Positions 17,804 through 27,418 are shown, counted from the stretch's first letter. The stretch: 32,000 bases of DNA from Nostoc punctiforme PCC 73102 (GCF_000020025.1 NC_010628.1:3690001-3722000); one strand, 5' to 3'. Made by a program: numbers and translations. The notes: generated by a model not told the origin, from the letters alone.

Positions 17804-18627
17804 AAATTTTGAGCGTAGTAATTTATAACGAACGTGAGTTAGACTAGGCAAGATAGGAATTATACATATAGAACTCCGATTTTATTTTTTAAAATCTCCT
17901 GAGACTGAAAAGCCCGTTTATCAAGATTCCATCTGAAATATTGCTCATAAATCAAACATGAGTTTTATATATTTAAAGTATTACGTGTATAGTATCTATC
18001 GAAATTCTTAATGCCTTGTTCACACAGAATCAAATAGGCATTTTCTGATGAGATCAGCTAACCTCTTATAGAACCCATTTGACAATCTCTTCGCTTTCAA
18101 CAGAACAGGGAGCTGCAATTAGTGCTACAGGATGGCTTTGACCAAACAAAGATAATAGTTTCGGAGAGTGTAGACACTTTTTCGCTGCTGAGTTCACCAT
18201 TGCAAAAAACCGAAATTCCATAATTACTTAGCCTAAAAAGCAAGAAACTAATTAACAATCAGTAGTTTTACTGTTGCCGATGCGTTACACAATATCTGAC
18301 ATATTCATGCCACACATCGACCTTTTCTGCTTGTTTACGTGCAGTTTTCACGCCTGGAGAATGCAAGAATGCGATCGCCTGATTGCAGAAAACTGCATAA
18401 TTAGCGAATATTCTCTTGCCTATCATCCAAAGATGCAGTTCTATTAGATACTCAAATAATCTATATGAAAGCCCATCCTATGAGGAAAAACTACAAACTA
18501 CATAAGTGTTTGCAGTATATTTTTGAACTTCCGCTTTATAAAGTATTAGTTTTTATGTATTGTTAGTAGATAGCAACTATCTTGATTATGGTTTACTATA
18601 CCCAAGTGCTGCGAGTGGAGATATACA

Positions 18628-20789
18628 ATGTCCAGTTTGAGTGGATGGGTTGCTTTGTTTGGTATTGCCATAGTTAGCGTTAGTACTTTCTCTTGGAACT
18701 GTGCTAATGCTCAAATTACTTCAGATGGTACTCTACCGACTAACTCTAGTATTCAAAAAGAAAGCAACACTTTTAATATCAGAGGAGGAACTCAATCTGG
18801 AGGTAATTTATTTCACAGCTTTGGGGAGTTTTCTGTTCCTACTGGCAATACTGCAATATTTAATAATGCTGCGGATATTCAGAACATTATTAGTCGGGTC
18901 ACGGGAAATTCAATATCTAATATTAATGGATTAATTACTGCTAATAGCACAGCTAACCTATTTCTAATTAATCCAAATGGTATTGTTTTTGGTCAAAATG
19001 CGCGTTTGGATATTGGCGGTTCGTTTTTAGCAAGTACGGCAAGCAGTTTGAAGTTTGCAGATGGCTTTGAATTTAGCGCTATAAATCCTCAGTCTGTACC
19101 TTTGCTGAGTATTAATGTGCCAGTAGGTTTGCAGTATGGGGCAAATCCGGGAAATATCCTTAATCAATCCCAAGCCTTCGATAGTAGTGGTGAAATCGTT
19201 GGTTTTCAAGTTAAGCCAGAGAAAACCCTGGCACTGGTGGGGGGTGATGTTGTGATAGAAGGGGGGTTTCTTGTTGCCCCATCAGGACGGATTGAGTTAG
19301 GGAGTGTTGCTGGTAACAGTTTCGTAAGCCTGAAACCAAATGATACTGGCTATACTCTAGGTTATAAGGGCATTGAGAACTTTAAAGATATTCATCTAAC
19401 GCAAGAAGCTTTTGTAGCTACTGATGGAGACAGTGGCGGTAGTATTCAGGTGCAGGGTGCCAATGTAATACTTGCAGACGGGTCGCAAATTTCAGCAGTT
19501 ACTTTAGGTGAAGGCACAGGAAAAGGTTTGACGGTGAATGCCACTCAGAGTCTGCAACTGATTGGTACTTCTGCTGACGGTCTATATTCCAGTGGCTTAT
19601 TTTCTTCAACTTATGGCACAGGGGCAAATGGAAACTTAACAATTAACACTCGTGATTTGCTTATTCGAGATGGGGCAGTAGTTAGAGCAGGGACTTTTGC
19701 GGCAGGAAAGGGGGGGACTTGACGGTCACAGCCGACTCTGTGCAACTGATTGGTACTTCTACTGACGGTCTATATCCCAGCGCCTTATTCACTTCATCTG
19801 ATAATGGCACCACCGGAGATGCCGGGAACTTAACGATTGACACTCGTGATTTGCTTATTCGGGATGGAGCACAAGTTAGTGCTGGCACTTCTGGTGAAGG
19901 AAAAGGGGGAAATTTGTCTCTCACTGCTGACTTTGTGGAACTGATTGGTATCTCTGCCAACGGTCGGGCTTCTAGCGGCTTGTTTGCCAGCGCTGTAGGA
20001 ACAGGAAAAGCGGGAGACTTATTAATTACTACACAGCAGTTGCTTATCTCTAATGGAGCAGTGGCTACAGTCAGCAGCCGTGGAGAAGGTACGACGGCAG
20101 GTAACATTGTTATTAGTGCTAACTCTGTGCGCTTAGACAACGGTCAGATTACGGCACAAACTCTCTCTGGCAATGGTGGTAATCTCAACTTCAACATTGC
20201 TGACTTATTGATGCGTCATGGCAGCAAAATTTCGACCACCGCAGGTACAGCGCAATCAGGTGGCAACGGTGGTAACATGAAGATCGATTCAAGATATATC
20301 ATTGCTATCCCCGAAGAAAACAGCGACATCACAGCTAACGCTTTCACAGGAACCGGTGGAAAGGTCGAAATCAATTCTCAAGGTATCTTTGGTATCGAAT
20401 CGCGGACAAAACCAACCGAAAAAAGTGATATTACCGCCAGTTCAGAACTTGGGGTTTCAGGTGTAATCAATATTAAAGCACCCGATACAAGTTCCATTCA
20501 AAATAGCTTCACCGAATTACCCCCAGTTATTGATACCAACGCACTCATCGCCAATAGTTGCATTTCACGCGGTACTAAACGGCAAGAAAACTCTTTTACA
20601 ATTACAGGTTCCGGTGCTTTGACCCCCAATCGTCCTGGGGTTTTGGTTTCTAACTACACAACTGGTGAGGTGAGAGGCGTGGAAACTACATCCCGTCCCT
20701 GGAAAAAAGGCGATCCGATTATCGAACCGACTGGTCTATATCGCCTGAATAATGGGCAGTTGCTATTGAGTCGAGAATGTTCTAACTAA
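18628..20789 (+). pseudogene. Filamentous-hemagglutinin-N-terminal (TPS) domain exoprotein, TpsA-like, split by a frameshift at a G7 tract (19710-19716)
   Basis: A signal peptide is followed by the TPS domain (NIRGGTQSGGNLFHSFGEFSVPTGNTAIFNN...ISRVTG...ANLFLINPNGIVFG). Then come ~63-aa beta-helix repeats (GKGG.LT..A..V.LIGTS.DG...). An eighth G would give GKGGDLTVTADSVQLIGTS, joining ORFs 18628-19722 and 19719-20789. Confidence 0.85.
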
Positions 20790-21404
20790 TGTGAGTTTAA
20801 GTTTTTCCTTCTCTATCAGTGATAGGTTAAGGCTATGGTATCTGTGACAAAATAGTTTACCACCACCCACGCCGATTGCATCACCAATCCTTGAGGTGCA
20901 GCAAGATGGGGCAAGCATTGCACGGCAAAAAGGAAGAGCATTTTTTACACCCAAAAAGTAAATTGGTTTATTGCGATCGCAATAATTTAGCCCATCCATT
21001 GAGTCTACAGTGGCGCATCTGTCACGAGTTGAGCAATGTCATATTCATATTCTCAAACTCCAACACCACGCCGCGACGCTCACCACTCTTGCCCAAAGTA
21101 TTGCCCATTTCCTCCAACAGCGATGGCGCTGTTTCGCCCGCCGTAGGCGATCGATCGCCAGCCGCAAGCAGAGGCTAAAAATGCTTTTAAAAACCTCAAA
21201 GTAAGAAACTTTAGAACTTAGGTTTTTACTTGGGTTGCCACAATGGAGTGATATCAAGGTTTCCAGCAGTAGATACGGCAATTAAACCTACGTCGGTATG
21301 GTTTACACCCCTTCAATTTTTGTAAATGTATCGTAACATTTATTTATATAAAGCAATATTTGCTTAACTTAGCAAACCAAATAAAAGAGTAAGTAATAAA
21401 AGCG

Positions 21405-21602
21405 ATGAATCAACCCATTGAATTATCTTTAGAACAAGAATTTAGCCTTAGAACTTTCTCCGATCAAGTGCAGCAGATGTCCCGTGAACAAGCTCAAGAG
21501 TTCTTGCTGATGCTGTATAAGCAGATGATAGTTAGAGAAGCGACTTACCAAGAATTGCTCAAACATCAGTGGGAAGTTGATTCAGATTCAATCTTGGGCT
21601 AA
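21405..21602 (+). CDS. nblA: Phycobilisome degradation protein NblA
   Basis: MNQPIELSLEQEFSLRTFSDQVQQMSREQAQEFLLMLYKQMIVREATYQELLKHQW is nearly colinear with recalled Nostoc/Anabaena NblA (MNQPIELSLEQQFS...VREATYQELLKHQW). 65 aa. Confidence 0.9.
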   Translation: MNQPIELSLEQEFSLRTFSDQVQQMSREQAQEFLLMLYKQMIVREATYQELLKHQWEVDSDSILG

Positions 21603-22368
21603 AACAAACTTGCTCCCGTCACTTTAAACGACTCAGAAGATAACGAACACACAAATGTCTTTTTCAAGGGCAAGGCAATAGAATTGTATACTAGGCTTTT
21701 CAGTGTTATCAACAATTGAGCAAAACTTTTCCATCGACCTGTAAAGCTAGAAATTCTCAAATTGCCATTGTTTAACAAATAATTATAAAGATCGTGCAAA
21801 GATTTTAATTAAAATCTAGACATCTAAACTGATATTTGATATCTAATAAGTATCTGGCTAATTTAGATAGTTCCTATTTCCAAGCCAAATACCCACGGGC
21901 AATGGCCCATAAAAAAGCATAAAGATTCTTTCTCCTAATCCCTGTCAATTCTTACCTATTTTTGACCTAATGCGACTTAGGCATTAAACCGACCAAATTA
22001 TCAACTTTTAGTTTGGGGGATTCCAATTTGACTTTATCAACCTTTATTTAGCAATGTCTACGCTAAATGCTTGCCAACGCTACTGATAAAGGATGCTCGA
22101 GATTAGCCTGAAACTAGTTGTTTTTGTGAATCCAAATACTTAGATATTAGGACAGGCTTAGGACGTAGATAGCCTGAGATGGTTGGATAAGTAATAATTG
22201 CAAGCAAATCAAAATGAGATTTGTAATCAAAAATTTGCAATTCCTCAAAGTGATATAAAGTATGCCGAAAGCATTAACTTTCGGTGAATTTTTGTGCGTT
22301 TAAACAGCATTAACAGCAACTTGAGAACTTAGATTGACTTCAAAAATCGATTCAGGTAGGAAAAAGTT

Positions 22369-25300
22369 ATGGCAAATATCATTGGAACCAAGGCAAATGA
22401 CATTTTACAGGGCACTAACAGTGCAGATACGATTGATGGTAAAGCTGGAAATGATACCATCATAGGGGGTGGAGGCAACGACACCTTAACAGGTGGGGGC
22501 GGCAAAGATACATTTATTTACAGTTTAGACGATAACGTTAATACCATTACCGATTTCGGTGGTGTAGGTAAAGGGACAAATCCCTCCGCAGCAGTCCAAG
22601 CCGAAGTGGATACCGTCCAATTTGAAGGCTCCAGTGTTAGAAATATGCTGCTTACTCAGAACGGCAACAATCTGGAAATTACCTTTGATGGGCTAGATAT
22701 TGTAATAGCTGATACAAAGGTCATACTGGAAAACTTCAAATTAGAAAACTTAGATAACCTTAAAGCTTCTGGAACTACTAGGCCAGCCATTGGTAATATC
22801 CTATTTTATGGAGAAACTAGCATCACCGATAGTTTTGATGTGTTTGATGCTAATTCTACTCAAACGAGCCTGTTCAACAGAAACACTGTTACCTTCCTCA
22901 ATGACCTAGACAATAATATTACAGGTTTTGATAACTCAGATGATGTAGTCAATGGTCAGGGGGGTAATGACAAAATCGATGGCTTAAGTGGTGACGACTT
23001 GCTGCGAGGTGGTGCAGGCAATGATACCCTCATTGGTGGTCTGGGTAATGACACCCTTGTTGATAATAGTGGCAATAACTCCCTTATTGGTGGTATTGGT
23101 AACGATATATTGCGTGTTGACTCTTCAACAGGTGCTAACACCCTCATCGGTGGCACTGGTGACGATACATTGAGCGCTCAAGGTTCACAAAGTAATAATT
23201 TACTCCTTGGCGGTGATGGCAATGATTATCTTAATTCCGGTGAGTTTCCTAACCTAGTCGATACTGTTGCTTCCTTAGGCAATAACACCCTCAATGGTGG
23301 TGCTGGTAACGATACATTGCGTGCTGACTCTCCAAAAGGCAATAACTTACTGTCTGGGGACGATGGCAATGATTATCTTAGTGCCTCTGGTAGTACTGGT
23401 TTTAGAAGGCAAAGCTACTATGACGACTTTGAATTTACACCTTTAGGCAATAACACCCTCAACGGTGGTGCTGGTGACGATACATTGCGTGCTGAGTATT
23501 CAGCAGGGGATAACCTACTGTCTGGTGGCGATGGCAATGATTACCTCTCCATCTCTGGCTCTGTCATCAGGTACAACGGTGGAGATAGTTTTTACCTAAC
23601 CACAGGCAATAATACTCTCAACGGTGGCGCTGGCGATGATACATTGCATGCTGAGTATTCAACAGGGGATAACCTACTGTCTGGTGGCGATGGCAATGAT
23701 TTCTTCTATGTAAACACTTTATCCCAAACAGTAGATGGGGGTAAGGGTGACGATTTGTTGTCTGTTGATTACAGTAATGCTACAGTAGGTATTACAACAA
23801 CAACATTCAATGCCGCTACAAACAAGGGAGAAATTACGGCGGGCAGCGATCGGGTTAGTTACAACAATATTGAACGATTAAATATCTTAGATACAGCCTA
23901 CGATGACAACATTGTGGGGAACGATGGCAACGATACGTTTTCCTTGGATAGTGGTGGTAAAGATACTATTGATGGGGGCAAGGGTGACGATTTGTTGTCC
24001 GTTGATTATAGCAGTGCTACAGAAGGTATTACAACAACATTCAATGCCGCTACAAACAAGGGAGAAATTACAGCAGGTAGCGATCGGGTTAGTTACAAGA
24101 ATATCGAACGATTAAATATCTTAGGTACAGGCTACGATGACAACATTGTGGGGAACGATGGCAATGATACGCTCTCCACGGGCTATGATGGCCAAGATAC
24201 TATTGATGGAGGTAAGGGTGACGATTTGTTGTCCGTTGATTACGGTAGTAATACAGTAGGTATTACAACAACATTCAATGCCACTACAAACAAGGGAGAA
24301 ATTACAGCGGGTACTAATCGGGTTAGTTACGAAAATATCGAACGATTAAATATCTCAGGTACATTCTACGATGACAACATTGTAGGGAACGATGGCAACG
24401 ATACGCTCTCCGGCGGCTATGGCGATGATACCATTATTGGCGGTGCAGGTAATGATATCCTTACAGGTGGGAATGGTAACGACATCTTAACTGGTGGCAT
24501 CGGTAATGATAAATTTGTTTACAACTTGTTAGAAAGCAGCTATAACATTGGTACAGACATAATTACAGATTTTGGTGGCATTGGTAAAGGCTTAAATCCC
24601 TCAGCAGCAGTGATTGCCTCCTTAGACACTTTGCAATTTATAGATGATAGTAGTTTCCATCTATTCACTGCTCAAAATCTGCAACTAACTCAAAATGGTA
24701 ACAATGTAGAAATCACCTTTGAAGATTCATTCAATGCCAATAATGGCAAAGTCATTCTCCAAAATTTCAAACTAGAAAACCTGGATAATCTGCCAGCAAC
24801 TTCTTCACAACCAGCAGCTATTGGCAATATCCTGTTTGCTGGACAAACTAGCATCACTGACAGTTTTGATGTGTTTGACGCTAATTCCACTCAAACTAAT
24901 CTGTTCAACAGGAACACTGTTACCTTCCTCAATGACCTCGACAACAACATTACGGGTTTTGACAACTCCAATGATGTTATCAATGGTCAGGGAGGTAACG
25001 ATATCATTGACGGCTTGAGTGGTAACGATCTTTTGAGAGGTAATGCAGGAAATGATACTCTCATTGGTGGTGCGGGAAATGATACTCTTATTGGCGGTGG
25101 GGGAAATAATAATCTTGACGGTGGTAGTGATGACGATACATTGAGTGCTAGCGGTTCAACAGGCAATAATATTCTTAATGGAGGTACAGGTAACGATACA
25201 TTGAGTGCTAGCGGTTCAACAGGCGATAACCTGCTCTTTGGGGGCGATGGCAACGATTCTCTAGACATTTCTGGCGGCTACTACAGCGACGAGTTTTCCT

Positions 25301-26451
25301 CCTCCGACTCTCGCTCTTTAGGCAATAACACCCTTAATGGAGGTGCAGGTAACGATACATTGAGTGCTAGCGGTTCAAAAGGCAATAACCTGCTCTCTGG
25401 AGATGATGGCAATGATTTTCTTTATATTTTTGGCGGCTACTCCAATTACCCCTCCTCTTCCGACTATCGCTCTTTAGGCAATAACACTCTCAATGGAGGT
25501 GCAGGTGACGATACATTGAGTGCTAGCGGTTCAAAAGGCGATAACCTGCTCTCTGGAGATGATGGCAATGATTCTCTTTATATTTCTGGCTACGAGGACG
25601 ACGAGACCCAGTACCACGAATACAGCGACTCTCGCTCCTTCGGGAATAACACTCTCAATGGAGGTACAGGTAACGATACATTGAGTGCTAGCGGTTCAAC
25701 AGGCGATAACCTGCTCTCTGGAGATGATGGTAATGATTCTCTAGACATCTCTGGCTACTTTGAATCCCCTATTGACTCTCGCTCCTCCGGGAATAATACT
25801 CTCAATGGAGGTGCAGGTGACGATACATTGAGTGCTAGCGGTTCAAAAGGCAATAACCTGCTCTCTGGAGATGATGGTAATGATTCTCTAGACATCTCTG
25901 GCAGCTATTACAGGGACTACGGCGACTCTCGCTCCTTCGGGAATAACACCCTTAATGGAGGCGCAGGTGACGATACATTGAATGCTAGCGGTTCAACAGG
26001 CGATAATCTACTGTCTGGTGGCGATGGCAATGATTATATCTCCGTCTCTAACGCCTCTGGTAAGAATACACTCATTGGTGGTAATGGCAATGATATCCTG
26101 ACAGGTGGCAACGGAAATGATAGCCTTTATGGAGGGTCTGGTACTGATACCTTTGTTTTCAATAGTTTCAATGAAGGTAGCGATCGCATTTTTGATTTCG
26201 ATGCCACTAATGAAGTGATTCGAGTATCGGCTACTGGTTTTGGTGGAGGCTTATCACCAAGTGTACTCAAAACTAGTCAATTTACAATCGGAACATCTGC
26301 AACCACTGGTCAAGAGCGATTTATATACAACAGCGCGACAGGTGGATTGTACTTTGACCAAGATGGTAGTGCGTCTGGGTTTACTCAGGTAAAATTTGCC
26401 CAGCTATCTACTGGGTTGTCACTAACCAACAACAATTTTGTGGTTGGTTAA
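22369..26451 (+). CDS. Giant RTX-type calcium-binding repeat protein (1360 aa), probable type I secretion substrate
   Basis: Dozens of GGxGxDxL nonapeptides (GGAGNDTLIGGLGNDTL...). No N-terminal signal peptide. The C-terminal ~110 aa (DTFVFNSFNEGSDRIFDF...GGLYFDQDGSASGFTQVKFAQLSTGLSLTNNNFVVG) resemble RTX C-terminal secretion regions. AGGAAAAAG lies just upstream of the ATG. Confidence 0.9.
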   Translation: MANIIGTKANDILQGTNSADTIDGKAGNDTIIGGGGNDTLTGGGGKDTFIYSLDDNVNTITDFGGVGKGTNPSAAVQAEVDTVQFEGSSVRNMLLTQNGNNLEITFDGLDIVIADTKVILENFKLENLDNLKASGTTRPAIGNILFYGETSITDSFDVFDANSTQTSLFNRNTVTFLNDLDNNITGFDNSDDVVNGQGGNDKIDGLSGDDLLRGGAGNDTLIGGLGNDTLVDNSGNNSLIGGIGNDILRVDSSTGANTLIGGTGDDTLSAQGSQSNNLLLGGDGNDYLNSGEFPNLVDTVASLGNNTLNGGAGNDTLRADSPKGNNLLSGDDGNDYLSASGSTGFRRQSYYDDFEFTPLGNNTLNGGAGDDTLRAEYSAGDNLLSGGDGNDYLSISGSVIRYNGGDSFYLTTGNNTLNGGAGDDTLHAEYSTGDNLLSGGDGNDFFYVNTLSQTVDGGKGDDLLSVDYSNATVGITTTTFNAATNKGEITAGSDRVSYNNIERLNILDTAYDDNIVGNDGNDTFSLDSGGKDTIDGGKGDDLLSVDYSSATEGITTTFNAATNKGEITAGSDRVSYKNIERLNILGTGYDDNIVGNDGNDTLSTGYDGQDTIDGGKGDDLLSVDYGSNTVGITTTFNATTNKGEITAGTNRVSYENIERLNISGTFYDDNIVGNDGNDTLSGGYGDDTIIGGAGNDILTGGNGNDILTGGIGNDKFVYNLLESSYNIGTDIITDFGGIGKGLNPSAAVIASLDTLQFIDDSSFHLFTAQNLQLTQNGNNVEITFEDSFNANNGKVILQNFKLENLDNLPATSSQPAAIGNILFAGQTSITDSFDVFDANSTQTNLFNRNTVTFLNDLDNNITGFDNSNDVINGQGGNDIIDGLSGNDLLRGNAGNDTLIGGAGNDTLIGGGGNNNLDGGSDDDTLSASGSTGNNILNGGTGNDTLSASGSTGDNLLFGGDGNDSLDISGGYYSDEFSSSDSRSLGNNTLNGGAGNDTLSASGSKGNNLLSGDDGNDFLYIFGGYSNYPSSSDYRSLGNNTLNGGAGDDTLSASGSKGDNLLSGDDGNDSLYISGYEDDETQYHEYSDSRSFGNNTLNGGTGNDTLSASGSTGDNLLSGDDGNDSLDISGYFESPIDSRSSGNNTLNGGAGDDTLSASGSKGNNLLSGDDGNDSLDISGSYYRDYGDSRSFGNNTLNGGAGDDTLNASGSTGDNLLSGGDGNDYISVSNASGKNTLIGGNGNDILTGGNGNDSLYGGSGTDTFVFNSFNEGSDRIFDFDATNEVIRVSATGFGGGLSPSVLKTSQFTIGTSATTGQERFIYNSATGGLYFDQDGSASGFTQVKFAQLSTGLSLTNNNFVVG
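23734..24440 (+). repeat. Three tandem ~78-79-aa (234-237 bp) repeats inside the RTX gene
   Basis: DGGKGDDLLSVDYS.AT.GITTTFNAATNKGEITAGSDRVSY.NIERLNI.GT.YDDNIVGNDGNDT occurs three times, starting at 23734, 23971 and 24205. Confidence 0.9.
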
Positions 26452-26576
26452 TCGGAGTTAGTGCGGGAGTAAGTCATCAAGTGGTCAGGTTTGCGGGGTG
26501 CTATTTTTTAGCATCTCGCATCTGTTTTGCTCAATGCAAATTTTTTTGGTCAGCGATCGCAACTTTCTCACGCCAT

Positions 26577-27315
26577 CTATTCAGTCCATTGCGGCGCATC
26601 TGTCACCAGTTGAGCAAACAAGTCCGGTTCAAAATCCTCAAACTTTAGCATCACATCCATCGTTCATCACTCGTCAGTGTACTGAGTAATTCTTTAACGG
26701 CTTCCACCCCGGATTCAAACCCCTTAATCGCCAAATGAGCATAATATTCTACCCTCTCCCACCAAGAATCACTGAGTTCTGCATCTGTGTCCATACCCCC
26801 CCGATTATTATCTCCATCTTCATGTTTTGGGGGTGTGGACGGCGATGAAGAAGGCAAGGGGGCAGGGGTGCAGGGGTGCAGGGGTGCAGAGGAGATATTT
26901 GTACTACTTTTCCCCTCTGCTCCTCGGCACAAGCGTACCTCTGCTCAACACCATACTGAGATTGCATTCTAGCCGCATAAGCCGCCTGAAGTTCCTGCTC
27001 CTGGTGGCGTTTTCTTTCCCTGTCTTCCCGTTGCCTTTGGCGATAATCCAGCACCTTCTGGATAAACTCGACATTCTCAGTATTCAACCGATAATACCGA
27101 ATCCTCTGCCCATCCTCCAATGACCGCCGCGACTCAGTAGACAAACCCAGTTGCGAGAGGAATTGTCCTAAAATCCACAAAGCAGATTCCGATAGTGGGA
27201 TAGTAAGATTCAGAATTCCCTTAACGTGAGATGCGTTGCGCTTTGAGAAATCAGCCAAAGCCTGAATCATCGCCTCGTCCCCTTTTATCTCAACCCCAGC
27301 CATTAGATCCATCAA
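26577..27315 (-). pseudogene. 3' remnant of a plasmid/mobile-element-type gene (replication/primase-helicase-associated C-terminal region suspected), with at least two frameshifts
   Basis: Three frames together read ...ALADFSKRNASHVKGILNLTIPLSESALWILGQFLSQLGLSTESRRSLEDGQRIRYYRLN...YRQRQREDRERKRHQEQ / ...WWERVEYYAHLAIKGFESGVEAVKELLSTLTSDERW / VMLKFEDFEPDLFAQLVTDAPQWTE*. No N-terminal catalytic part is present. The family call rests only on vague recall of cyanobacterial plasmid Rep C-termini. Confidence 0.4.
26862..26889. repeat. Octamer tandem repeat (GCAGGGGT x3, plus a partial copy) within the remnant gene
   Basis: GCAGGGGTGCAGGGGTGCAGGGGTGCAG. The 8-nt unit is not a multiple of 3, and the reading frame changes across this tract. 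Confidence 0.8.
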
Positions 27316-27391
27316 GACTGCCCTGATACCATTTCACGAAAAGAATGAAACAAATCCAAACCCTGAAAGCCTCACTAGGTAAGACTTTCTT

Positions 27392-27418
27392 AATTACGAA
27401 CTACGAATTACGAATTGG
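27392..27418. repeat. STRR-type heptamer repeat (AATTACG-like, ~4 units)
   Basis: AATTACGAACTACGAATTACGAATTGG has 7-nt periodicity. Confidence 0.7.

Noticed and set aside
20763-21281. Four overlapping ORFs (20763-20999 minus, 20876-21178 plus, 21010-21204 plus, 21045-21281 minus)
   Set aside because: They are mutually exclusive, lack motifs and have odd composition. Part of the region is better explained as a short remnant homologous to the tail at 26577-26760.
21280-21404. Possible NtcA binding site upstream of nblA
   Set aside because: I looked for GTA-N8-TAC. Only GTA-N5-TAC (GTATGGTTTAC) and GTA...GTA arrangements are present, so no canonical site can be claimed.
22956-25268. Out-of-frame and antisense ORFs within the RTX gene (22956-23156, 22988-23173, 23903-24115, 24690-24890, 24821-25018, 24987-25268)
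   Set aside because: These are by-products of the GGxGxD codon periodicity (antisense gives the PPxRVSLP repeats). The 1360-aa sense frame explains the region.
23270-26040. Regularly spaced near-identical DNA repeats that could superficially resemble a CRISPR-like array
   Set aside because: The repeats are 140-240 bp protein-coding units inside one continuous ORF. There is no short-repeat/unique-spacer structure and no cas genes.
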